DNA from: Macrostomum lignano
Taxonomy: Eukaryota
DNA length: 64,000 nucleotides
Assembly: GCA_002269645.1 (NCBI GenBank)
Contig: NIVC01000150.1
Location: forward strand, 62,001-126,000
Reading direction: 5' to 3'
Made by a program: the position numbers and the translations under genes. The first letter of the stretch is position 1. Each line of letters opens with the position of its first letter. Shown here piece by piece: positions 1-10,800 of this stretch. Below the pieces are notes generated by a model. That model ran no database searches. It saw only the letters and a list, made by a program, of their open reading frames with translations, and was not told the origin of the DNA.

Positions 1-200
1 TAGCCCTAACCTAAACCTAGCCCTAACCTAAACCTAGCCCTAACCTAAACCTAGCCCTAACCAATATCTAGCCCTACCTAAATCTAGCCCTAACCTAAAC
101 CTAGCCCTAACCTTAACGTAAACATGTCCTAAACCTAAGCTAAGCCAAACCTTAACCCTATTTTAAACACTATCCTAAAACCTAGCCTTATACCCTAACT
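1..200. repeat. Degenerating ~17-bp tandem repeat (TAGCCCTAACCTAAACC)
   Basis: Unit visible several times from base 1, decaying after ~130; not canonical (TTAGGG)n. Confidence 0.85.
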
Positions 201-1633
201 CTAACCTATGAACAGTAACCTAAATCTAACATAAACTCTATTCTAAACCTTTGTTCCTAATTTTTAATCTTATAATTTTCTTTTCAGAGTTATTCGTTTG
301 AGATTGTAAAGCCAAATTGATTGTAGAACTTATGCCACCAAAGTTCAATGTCTAGGCAGTTTCAAGTGCTATCGGCTTCATAGTCCATGACTTCTGCAGT
401 GTCCATGACTTCAGGATCTACATGTAGATTATCAGGATCTAATTACAGTTCTAAGAATGCAAATGCAGCATATTTAGCATCACCTCAGCTGCCTGGATTC
501 ACCTATACAAAAACCATCAGAGCGAGCACTTTTAAAAAAACAAAAGCTTAAAACAGACAGATTCTAATGGGATGAAGCCGTAGCCTATAGCGCGGCGCCC
601 TGGTGTGCAAGCTGCACATGGCTCGATTCCAAGAGCAGTCACTCGCGCCATGGCTCTGCTCGTGCAATTAACGCCCTTTGAGGGCCAACCCCCCAAGGCA
701 CATGATTTCTCTATACGGTTCATGGAGTGCGATGTAGCAAGCGCAATAAAAAGTCGTGCGAACTGTTACAAATGCGGCCCGAAACCGCGTGACACAATGG
801 CTTGCAGGATTGACTGCACAAAACCGTATTGGGCTGGAATTTTTCACATGGAAACCTTGCAGCTTGTTATACCGTTGAATAGATTGAAGCTTCTATAGAT
901 ACTTGCTAGCAATTAGGTGTCTTGTAGAATAAAAGTTGTTTTTTTAGCGAGTTGTTTGGTTCGTTGAATTCTGTTGGAGTATATTAGTATTCACTCTACA
1001 CTGGGACAATGTATAAATAATCAGCGGTCCCAGTACGTGACAACGATTGTCTGGCGAGCGCCGGTAGGCGCGAACCATAGACAAATCGTTGTCACGTGCT
1101 GCGACCGCTGATTCTTTGCATTGTTTTTCTGTTTGACGATCCTACAGACAATGCATTGTTTGTAGTAATGGATTGTTCTGCATTAAAAATGTGAATAATG
1201 ATCGCAAAACAAAAGTAACTCAGAAACTCCTTGAGCGTCAGGAAAGGATTTTCATCGAGTTTCTCAACCAAGAATTCTCTCATTTCCTGATGCTGCCTTG
1301 CACAATCCTGTCTTTCCGATCACCGCGAGGAAGGAATTTCACTCTCTGCCATCGAGTCGAAGGTTGGCAGCGATTCGGAATGTTTTATTCGTTTTCTTCG
1401 TTGTTTTCTTGATTTTGCAAGATTCTTGCAGCTCCTGCGATGGATGACCCTTGTTCAATCGCATCGAATTGGTGGCGCCATTGAATGGGGGGTCGCTTTC
1501 AGGCCAAAAAGACGAGCACACAGGGGAAGGAGGGACAGAGAGCTCTAAAATCTCAGTCCGATTCCCGTTTTGAATGGCTTTTTACCATATTGAATGTCCA
1601 AAGTTATAGTCTATGGCCAAGCCTCCCTCAGTA

Positions 1634-1908
1634 GACTTTGCGACGGCGACTCCAGCTGGCAGGCCACGTCATCCGCGCCGAGGCCTACTGTCCGGAGCCG
1701 GTGCAGGAGGTGCTGCTACTTACGTTGCAGGCACCCTACCGGCGGGGACAAGCGAGGACACGGCGCTACGTCGACTGTCTGCTGGCTGACGCCGGCGCCC
1801 CGGACTCTGCCGGCGGTGCGGCCTTTGTTCGCGCCCAAGCTTCGAAGCGTGCCATCTGACGTTGCTTTTTACGACCCGGCAGCGTACTCTGTTGTTGTTG
1901 TTGTTGTT
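1634..1908 (+). mobile_element. 5'-truncated RTE-type non-LTR retrotransposon 3' end
   Basis: ORF 1638-1859 (RRLQLAGHVIR...RRGQARTRRYVDCL..D) resembles the RTE ORF C-terminus (RxRWAGHVxR...RGRPxxRWxD). It is followed by a (GTT)n tail at 1890-1908. Confidence 0.65.
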
Positions 1909-4837
1909 AAGTCCATGGACTAGGGTGTGATCTGTGGCCTAGGCTTGAGTGTCTATGGCGTCCAGTTTTTTTGTCCAAATTCCCATTTAGATCGTCGAAA
2001 GCGATACTAACATTTAATTGTTCTATAACTTATACAAAGCTTGCATACCTTTTCCATTCCAAGATTCCAATCTGCACGATCGTGTAGTTGTAGTAGGATC
2101 ATCACTACTGTATTTTAACAATGTTAGATTGTATAGTAAGATTAGTTGTGTAATCGCCAAAAAAACTATAGCCTGCCCATGCTACGCGCGTTCTTGTTTA
2201 ACAAACCCTATAAATACTAAAAAGTGCATTGTAACATTGTTAAGTGATTTGATGAACAATTTATATTTATTTGTGTTTTATTGTAAAGGTATAGACGAAT
2301 CACGAACTACAGAATAGGTCACAATATAATTTTTACAAGTATAGTGTAAAACGTATAATTAACAACTTCATTAATGTACGTGGCTTTCCCGACAGATATT
2401 AGACATTCAGATACATCCGGCAGCATCTGCAACAGCTGAGCGGTGCAGCTCAGCAGCAGGCTCTTATGGGACTGCAACAAACTTTAAGACGAGTATACGG
2501 TCTTTAGAGATGCCTGCACATAGAATTGAATTGTACTAGACTATTGTACCATACTTTAACTGTATTTATTCTACCGGCACCAAACATGCACCATTACATT
2601 CTATATTTTGCCACTTGTGGCATACGTCATTGCATGGTGACTATAATCTAATTCTTGCACACAATCCATGGCCAGTGGTCCCAATATTGTCACAATTAAA
2701 ATTAAGCATTGAGAATTAATTACTGAATGCAACTTCAATTTCTACTTTACCATTCTGCAGCGAATAATTGAGCCAATGTGTATCTCCTCACAATAGACAA
2801 AAAACTCAATTGATTGAATCCAAATGATACAATTGTACATGCTAGATTGCTCACTCAAATATACATACATGTATGTAGCTCATTTACTTTCTATATATTC
2901 GCTTTGTATTGAAGCGATCTTAATTTAAGCATGTTATGCCCAATGTTATTTTTTAGTCTAATGCGAACTTCAGAAGGTTTTTCTATCAGGAAAGTACAAC
3001 ACACATGCTTGTGCGGCAGTAAAGATCCCATTGCGTGAAGCGAACACCAATGAAATGTGTTATAGAAATCATATATATATTGTTGTGTCCCAAGACGGAC
3101 CAGCCAGCTTCGTCCGCGCTCTGTACGAGCAGGGAGACTCAGCCCAGTCCTGCTGCTTGCCAACCCACTGTCGCACAAACGCGCAGGCAGAGGGCCGGCA
3201 ACCAGGGTCGCAGCGAACGCACAGGCCCTGGTGACGATGACCTAATGGAGCTAGAGCCCAAATAACAAAAGCAGAACGATACTTACTGGGGCGTAGGTTG
3301 CTCACTCGGTGCTCAAAGCGTCTATGTTTGAATACGATTGCTAGCACAATTGTATATTGTTTTTATTGGTTATGATCGGAGCGGCGAAGGAGCCAGCAGA
3401 GGAGAAACGATCAAAAGGTCAGCGAGGGAGAGGGGACAGGAGTGCACACCAATAAATATGTCAGTACAACATGGGGTGGGGCAAAAGCTGCAGGGTAAGA
3501 GAAAAGGCGGGGTGGGCAGAGAGAGCGAGCGGGGATTAACTGCAGCCACACAGAACGCGACTGGGGGTAGAAAACAAGAATTGCAGATAACAGCGACAGC
3601 CAATGAGAGGGCACGGAGGGGGAGGGATAATAATAATCAGGGGTGAGAAAATCGCAGACAAAGGCTAAACAACTACAATAATAATTCATCAATTGATTAG
3701 GTCTAGTGCAGATGGCACCAAAATTAAGTAAGTATGAAAATAGCTCACAATAAGTTGCTAGCATGGAAGGGGCGGGGAGGGTTGGCAGAGGGAGAGAGAG
3801 AGCTACCGTATGGGCAAGTACATTGAGTTACAAATTCACAACAATATATACTAGCGTTCAGTGAGAATGAAGCCAGTCTCCGCCTCTCCGCCCTTGTCCG
3901 CTCTCGTCCCCTTGTCTCCTGGCCCTCGCTGCCCTCGGCTCTCCGCCTCTTCACCTACTCAACTGCTCCGCTAGCTTGCCCCAACAATCGAGCCTGAACT
4001 CTGATATCCTGGTCTAACAAAGAGATTAATCTGAACAAACGTCAATTCGTGCAACAGTATCGATAAGTATCCTGTGGCTCTATTTTCACTGAATTGCTTA
4101 ACAAATTTGCGTGATTAATATCTTGTCAGAAATTGCAACCAACATGAATTAGTAATAAACATCCTTGTTGAAGGTTAGAGATCGAGAGAAGCAAATCGAA
4201 CATTTGACATTTAATTCACCAGAAACATCGACGATTGTAGTCATCGTCAAAGAGAGGGGGAACACCCCCAAAACATTTGAGTATATTTACAAAGCTATAA
4301 TTTTACTCTATATTCCCTCTATTCATCGCTTTGCACATCAGTCGTGTGACTTGATAGCTTCATTTGATAGCGGGTTGTGAACTGAGCCTTTGAGTGGAAC
4401 TCAGTGCATTGTGCATGTACATATGACATACAAATGCATACAGCATCCTACTAGCTACTCTACACTTTCGCAGCAAAAACTGAAGAGTGTAAAAGACTCA
4501 ATATAAAATATAATTTAACTAGCATTTTTGATATATGTTTAGTCTGTTCAAAAATTGTTCTCGGTGTCTCAAAATTCGTTTTACTAAGCATGTGTGGCTT
4601 AGACTGGGAAAGAACATATTATATATATTACTCAGCAACATTGAAGAGTCGCTACCCTTTGCCTCAGTGAGCAAAATCTTCCGACCAGCGTCTATCACGT
4701 GCACCTGATGGCCAACCATTTTGATATTAAAAATGCTTTAAAAAGCAATGAAAACCGGGCGAAAGCTTCAATCTATCCAATCTTCGCCCTCCGCTGTTCC
4801 CAATCCCTCCTCACCCAGCAGCCGAGCCCAACTCTGC

Positions 4838-5082
4838 GTGCGACTCCAGCTGGCAGGCCACATCATCTGCGCCGAGTCGTACTGCCCAGAGCCGCGGTGC
4901 AGGAGGTGCTGCTGCTAACGCTGCAGGCACTCTACCGGCGGGGGCAGGCGCGCACTTGACTGCCTGCTGGCTTACGCCGGCGTTCCGGATTTGGCCGGCG
5001 GCGTGGCGTTCATTTGCGACCTGGCCTTGAAGCGCGCGCCCTGTGACGCTATAATTGGGTATTCTGTTGTTGTTTTTGTTGT
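4838..5082 (+). mobile_element. Second, more decayed copy of the same RTE-type 3' end
   Basis: Aligns by eye to 1650-1908 (cgactccagctggcaggcca...gaagcgcgcgcc) with indels, and ends in a degenerate (GTT)n tail. Confidence 0.65.
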
Positions 5083-7197
5083 CGCGTGGTGCAAGTTGCG
5101 TCACTCAAAAGTCAATACTGCTGAGCTAGAATTTTATACTGCGCACTCTTAAAGGTGGCGATTTTTTATGTTGTTGATAAAATATATCTATACATATAAA
5201 AATCAAAACTCTGTCTGTCTGTCTGTGTGTCTGTGGACATATATATATATAAAGTTTGCGAGTTAATGCAGGAATATGATAATATATTACTGCATAAATG
5301 TATATATGTCGCCGAACTGCTGTCGCCAAATACTGCCGCCGAGTCCAAGCTGTCGCCGAATTAACTGGTTCTCTAGCTAGGCTTCCCCTATGTATTGTCG
5401 CCGAAGTGACTGCATGGTAGCCCTACATGTAATTTAAGCCATTGATCTCTATATATCCATATCCATGCACCTAGCTTGATCCTAACCTCGAATTTATAAC
5501 CCCAAAATAAGTGTGGGGATAATTGCACCTGTGCTTTTCTGAAAAAAAAACAATGAATAGTAATTTTTACAGGAAAAAGTCACTTCGCTTCAACTCTTCC
5601 GCTCTGCAAAGCTTCAACTTGCTCTGGCACCGAAATGTCTAGCGTCTCACGCGGCTTCCCAATATTAGGGCTGCAGTGCATTATAAGAATATTTACTCTA
5701 GGTTCCTCTTAAAGCAGTAAAAACCCCGAATTTCAGACAAAATTGGTTTAAAAGTTATTAGATTTTTTATTTTATTAGCACCAGAACATTCTTAATCTTT
5801 GGTATTATTTTAATTTAGACGTTTGTGAAAAATTATCGTGCAGGGATCACTTGACGATAACAACTTAAGTCGAAGATTTAATATTTTATATTAGTACTTT
5901 AGGCATTCATTTAAAGTGTAGTCTTATTAAATAGGATAAAGTGGTAAAAATATAAGTTACTTAATATAACATTATTCACTCGCTAGCTTCTTAATTTATT
6001 ATTGCACTTCGGTGACTTGCTTTTGTCATGACAATGACAACGCATATTTTATCAACCTTTTCACAATTGTTGGTATGCCTAGCTACTCATTCTAGGGCCT
6101 AGCTAGTGTACTAAAGTGCTCTAGACCTAATGAGACAATGTTACAGTGTAGTGCTTAGCCTTGAGATTCTAGAAAAAAATTAACCTAGTAATTTTGCTTT
6201 TATTTTAATCTTGGAGCTCCTATTCTCACTGTTTTAATGCATTGATTTGATAATGAATTGTATCTTCCAATTATAAAAATCAAGATATCTATATAAATAA
6301 CCTATAAAGTATTAAAGTAATTAGAAGACAGGCAAATTATTATTTTATTTTAAAAGAAGATGCTTATAGAAGTCATTAGCAACAATTCTCTAAAGAGTTT
6401 ATAAATAAATATTATATCAAAGAGGGAACACCAAATTTGAATATTTTCTTTTAAAAGTAGCAAAGCTTAGTATCAGTGAGTATTTAATACTTGCATTAAA
6501 TTATACATATATTAAAAAACTACACTTTTCTTTTTAATATACAGCTTTTCAAGACATATATTATGATAACAAGTGTTAAAAAATTTATTTATTCTACAAA
6601 AAGCTTTTTTCTATAATTATAGTTAAAGATATATAGCATAACTTAATATTATATAAATGTTATACATATAAAATAAGCCTAGGATACATCAAATTGTACA
6701 AAATCAAGAAACTATATCTATCTACTGTTTTTCTGTTCAAATTGTACCAGCATGGCAATATACATAGAAAACATTAATTATTGTTAAACCTATTTCATAT
6801 CATCAACTCAATTTTTATCAAAATCACAAGCATTTTAACTTATACATTGCAGAAAAGTATACAATATATGGAATAAATAGGAATATATATTTCAAGTTGT
6901 TACTGCACCTCTAAACCAGAATATTTTGATATAAAAATTAATTTGCATATGCATTAGCTTATTTTAGATTGATAGACAGGTGCAGATTTTTAATTTCATA
7001 TAATTTGATGCATTTTCATATTGAAAACCTAGCCAATCTAGCTAGGTGACAAGGTAGTCAAGGTCAGGTTATGTTGCAACACTGATACAAAAAATAAATA
7101 AAGAGTTTTAAATAGTCAAGGCCAAAACTAAAGAGAGAGAAGATTTTAATTGAATGCAGAGCAAAGCTTTGTTGCAAAAAGGCTCACTGTGTACAAC

Positions 7198-7835
7198 ACT
7201 ACTATGGACTGGCAGATGGCGCGATTTTGCGAAGGTCCGTCGGGCTGATGTCGGCCTCTAGCACCGCGGCAAGGTGCTCCCTCGGGGTGTACACCCGGGG
7301 TGTACCTCCAGCGGGGTGGGTGTCCAGCGAGTGTACCTCCAGCGGGGTGGGCCTCCCGCGAGTGTACATCCGGCCGGCTGGGCGTCCAGCGAGTGTACCT
7401 TCAGCGCATGGGCCTCCCTCGGGTGTACATCCGGCGGGGGGATTCCCGCCCCTCCCACCAATGTCGTGTGCACGCGGTTAGTGTAGGAAGGAAACCCCCG
7501 ATGCTGACGCAGCCCTGTACACTGAGCAACCGGCCCCCCATGCGGGGGACAGAGAGCAGCCCCTGTAGCAGGAGGGGTAGTGCGTGGAGAGCCGCCATCC
7601 CCCTGTAGCAAGGGACAGATAACAGGCGGCCCCCTGTAGCAGTATGAGGTGGGGTACAAAGAGACACGGGGTGCTGGGACAGAGAGTGCGTGGAGGCACC
7701 CTGCGCTGCCCTGGCATGTCGCAGCACGCGGCGTGGACAGAGAGGGAGTGTGAGTCACACGGAGGGACAGAGAGCTTCCCCAGGCCGGGGTGGTAGAGGG
7801 ACAGACCGGCGGTGAGTGATAGAGAGCCCCCCAGG
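7198..7835 (+). repeat. Left terminal inverted repeat of the virus
   Basis: Reverse complement of 17058-17691 and 18453-19089; contains GTGTAC-core ~31-bp subrepeats and recurring GGGACAGA and CCCCTGTAGCA motifs. Confidence 0.95.
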
Positions 7836-7910
7836 CTGCAGAGGGACAGACAGGCCGCGAGCAACGTGTTAATGCAACCATAAATAGAAGCAGTGTACAA
7901 AACCCTCTGT

Positions 7911-8690
7911 ATGGAGAACATGGAAGAGGGTATAACTGATAACCCCTATTTCAGCAACGAGAGCGTGCGCGCCAGATTACCCCTCATTGAAAGATTGTTA
8001 TCAGACACTAGGAAAAGAATCGAGGGATTGACCGCAAAGGAGCGCTTAGAATTCACGTATCTAGCCCGGCTGGCATTCGTAACTGAAGTAAACATTGAGG
8101 AGAGAGAGGTGGCGTTGACTTGGGAGGAAGCAGAAGAAGCGATAAAAACCCGGTCCTGTATGGTCACAGCCAATCTATGGAGTGCGGCAATACACCTCAA
8201 TGACACGAGGGGGTTAATTGACACAGAGTTTGTTAGACAAGTTCACACACGCGTGTGCAGAGGACTGCTCCCGAATGCAGGATCGTATAGAATTAAGCAC
8301 GCCAAGCCAGCAGGCGCGAGTATGTATTACAGTGCCCCAGAAAATATTGAACGGCAGCTGGTAAAATTAACTAGAGACATAAAAGAGCCACAAATCTTGC
8401 GTGATGCAGTAGTGACAGGAGCATATTTCCTAGAAAAGTTTCTCACCATACACCCCTTTAGCGACGGCAATGGTAGAACTGCTAGGTTGTTATTATCAAA
8501 GTTGATCAACCGGATTCTGCCAGAACCCGTATCATTTGCATACGCAAATAGAGACACATATCTCAACTGTCTTTACGAAGCGCGCAGCAGCAACCGGGGG
8601 CTCCTAGCGGCGTATTTACTTTTATCAATTGAGAGAACCGTTCTACAGTGGAGGGAATGGTTGGAAATCTGTTCAGACGGCAGCCTATAA
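7911..8690 (+). CDS. Fic-domain (AMPylase-type) protein
   Basis: Canonical Fic motif HPFSDGNGRTARLL, upstream G.YR flap region (AGSYRIKHA) and a helix resembling the autoinhibitory segment (EVNIEE). First ATG is 7911; the ORF track starts at GTG 7893. Confidence 0.92.
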   Translation: MENMEEGITDNPYFSNESVRARLPLIERLLSDTRKRIEGLTAKERLEFTYLARLAFVTEVNIEEREVALTWEEAEEAIKTRSCMVTANLWSAAIHLNDTRGLIDTEFVRQVHTRVCRGLLPNAGSYRIKHAKPAGASMYYSAPENIERQLVKLTRDIKEPQILRDAVVTGAYFLEKFLTIHPFSDGNGRTARLLLSKLINRILPEPVSFAYANRDTYLNCLYEARSSNRGLLAAYLLLSIERTVLQWREWLEICSDGSL

Positions 8691-8724
8691 ATAAATAAAA
8701 TTGGTATTTCTCAACAATATCGAA

Positions 8725-9078
8725 ATGTACTGGCAATCGGAAATAGTGTACACCCACGTTGACAACGCAGTGCTGGAAGTGGGATATTGGGACCCAAACA
8801 AACCGCGTTTCCGCATCCACTGTCAAAACTGTAGCTGTCCAGGAGCCGTGTTTAGTCGAGCACAATGGCATCGAATGAAATTTCTGGGCACTAGCTGCAC
8901 AGATTACGATCTCGGAGGCGGCGCATCTATCAAAGTTATCGACGGGAAGCGCCTGTACGTAAAAGGAGACTGCGAATTTCACCTGTCAGACAAAATACTT
9001 TGTGCAGTTGAAAAGAATAGAGTCGACAATTTCTTCCACTATTTCTTTCTCGACGAATCTGACGAGTCAGAGGAATGA
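8725..9078 (+). CDS. Viral hypothetical protein (~117 aa, acidic tail; weak resemblance to PC4/whirly-like ssDNA-binding folds)
   Basis: ATG 40 nt after a TATAAATA motif; stop overlaps the next start (ATGA). The fold guess from LEVGY...FSRAQWHRM is inference only. Confidence 0.65.
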   Translation: MYWQSEIVYTHVDNAVLEVGYWDPNKPRFRIHCQNCSCPGAVFSRAQWHRMKFLGTSCTDYDLGGGASIKVIDGKRLYVKGDCEFHLSDKILCAVEKNRVDNFFHYFFLDESDESEE

Positions 9079-9590
9079 GCTGGATTTCTCGAGACTACCC
9101 GCTTTTATCGAGCAAAGAAAGGGCAGAGTACGAGACCCTGAAAAAGTCCACAGACTGGTTATGCATTTGTCACGGCAAACCAATTCCCGAACGATTAGTC
9201 ACCTTTAATGTCGAGGTAGACGAAATTGGGCAAGGGCCTTACAGCACCCAAGAATATACAGATGCCCGAATTGACTACTACTTTAGAGACAAGATGCATT
9301 TCAAAGCCAATCTTCAAAGAATGGAGCAGATAATTGCCCCAATATTACAAGAGGATCATCGTGAGAAAATACGGTACCGGAATCACCAGCCGATTGCTCC
9401 CTCGTGGACAGAACACCAAAGGATTTGGCGACCTAAACACAGTAGACCAGTGCTAGCGAAGTTGACTATCAACCCTCACTGCAGCTGCATTAACGACACG
9501 CCTCAAACCCCTCGACCAGAAGATCGAAACAAAAGGTTTATTTTTTCCGGATTTCCAACACCGGAAAGTGTCGTTAAAGAAGCACTATAA
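9075..9590 (+). CDS. Viral hypothetical protein (171 aa)
   Basis: Clean ATG-to-stop ORF coupled to the previous gene by an ATGA overlap; has CICH and HCSC motifs; no recognisable family. Confidence 0.65.
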   Translation: MSWISRDYPLLSSKERAEYETLKKSTDWLCICHGKPIPERLVTFNVEVDEIGQGPYSTQEYTDARIDYYFRDKMHFKANLQRMEQIIAPILQEDHREKIRYRNHQPIAPSWTEHQRIWRPKHSRPVLAKLTINPHCSCINDTPQTPRPEDRNKRFIFSGFPTPESVVKEAL

Positions 9591-9681
9591 CAAAAACGCC
9601 CAGCCACCCCACCCTCCGCCCAAGGGTATATAAGGAGGCGCTCAGGGTGTGAGACCCACTCTCAGCAACAGCAGCAGCAAC

Positions 9682-10362
9682 ATGGATACCGTTCAAGACT
9701 ACAATAGTGTTAGGATCGACCTATTCTCTCTCAAGTCGAGAGGTCCAAGCTACAACGGAACCGAGACGTACGACATTGAGTACGACGAACAGGGCCCTCT
9801 CTATCTTGCCAATGCGACGCCCGTACTGATTGTCAAGGGTGTGAGAACCGACAATGAAGGCCGCGAATTCATCATTCTTTCCCAAAAGCACTTGGAGAGC
9901 TGCATACCAGAAGCGTTCAATTCCGTGTGTCACCAGCTCTCTATCCAAGGAATGGCGCTATTGGGGTACAACCCCACTTTTGGCTGCGACAGCGCTGCAT
10001 TCGGATTGGCTCACGACTTTAAAATGTACGACAAGAGCGGCAAGTTGTGCACCGACTACAAGAACAAGACGGGCTACTATAGAGTACTGTTCGCCCTAGA
10101 CACGGCGGTGATTCACGACTCGGTTCTAACCGCGGTACCAAAAATTCAACAACTGCAATTCATAGAAGCTCCCAAGCAGGCGTTTGACCGCTGCTACTGG
10201 ATTCCACCGTTAAAAATCAAGGTAGGACGCAAGCGCGGAGCTGGTGGAGCTGAGCGGAAACAAAAGCAACCGAAAAAACCGCTTGCAGAACGTCGTGTGC
10301 GTAAACAGGGTGTTTTGCGCAAGGTGGAACCACCTACCGAACTTGGACTGGGCGCGCGCTAG
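9682..10362 (+). CDS. Viral hypothetical protein with beta-rich core (possible OB-fold SSB) and basic NLS-like C-terminus
   Basis: GC-box-like tract and TATATAA (9627) precede ATG 9682. The FKMYD..G...YRVLF...KIQQLQF pattern is reminiscent of viral SSBs (inference). The 3' end overlaps the TBP-like frame. Confidence 0.65.
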   Translation: MDTVQDYNSVRIDLFSLKSRGPSYNGTETYDIEYDEQGPLYLANATPVLIVKGVRTDNEGREFIILSQKHLESCIPEAFNSVCHQLSIQGMALLGYNPTFGCDSAAFGLAHDFKMYDKSGKLCTDYKNKTGYYRVLFALDTAVIHDSVLTAVPKIQQLQFIEAPKQAFDRCYWIPPLKIKVGRKRGAGGAERKQKQPKKPLAERRVRKQGVLRKVEPPTELGLGAR

Positions 10363-10762
10363 AACGTTTCATAGACCCCGGGCATTGTACAACCTGAGGA
10401 TCGGAAAGTGTACAATAAACTTTTTCAAACGTTCATTATCTGCCATTGTTTTTGGTTGCCAATCAACCAACGATGTGCTGCGTCTTTTTGCTCAATGTAA
10501 ACCAAACTCTGTTGTTATCACTACCGGTACTTATCGTGCAGAAGTTAATGTTAAGCCAAACTTTTTCCGCCTTGCCAACTCGAGCTCGCGCTGGGTTGAG
10601 TGGGAGAGTGAGGTATTCAATGGGCTTGTAATAAAGTCCCCATTCCGCAAGGCCAAGTGCCTGCTGTGCGGAAAGAATGGTCGGTTAGTGTTCCTAGGAA
10701 TACGAAACTATGACGAACTGTGTAAAATGTACGACCACGTGACTGCTATTCTGCAACTCTAA
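10244..10762 (+). CDS. TATA-binding-protein (TBP)-like two-repeat protein; no in-frame ATG start
   Basis: LQNVVCVN matches TBP LQNIVSTVN; IVFGCQSTND matches VCTGAKSEE; WESEVFNGLVIK...CLLCGKNGRLVFLGIRNYDELCKMYDHVTAIL matches YEPELFPGLIYR...[31 protein letters not shown]. The frame is open from 10226 with no early ATG. Confidence 0.72.
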   Translation: MELSGNKSNRKNRLQNVVCVNRVFCARWNHLPNLDWARARTFHRPRALYNLRIGKCTINFFKRSLSAIVFGCQSTNDVLRLFAQCKPNSVVITTGTYRAEVNVKPNFFRLANSSSRWVEWESEVFNGLVIKSPFRKAKCLLCGKNGRLVFLGIRNYDELCKMYDHVTAILQL

Positions 10763-10800
10763 TTATGCTTTGCTTATAAATAAACAAAATATGCACATGT

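Noticed and set aside
1-200. Telomere
   Set aside because: The unit is 17 bp with CCCTAA embedded, not a pure (CCCTAA)n tract, and it decays quickly.
7227-7921. Long ORFs inside the TIRs (also 16956-17774 and 18351-19129)
   Set aside because: They are GC-rich repeat read-throughs that differ between TIR copies by homopolymer indels and have no protein motifs.
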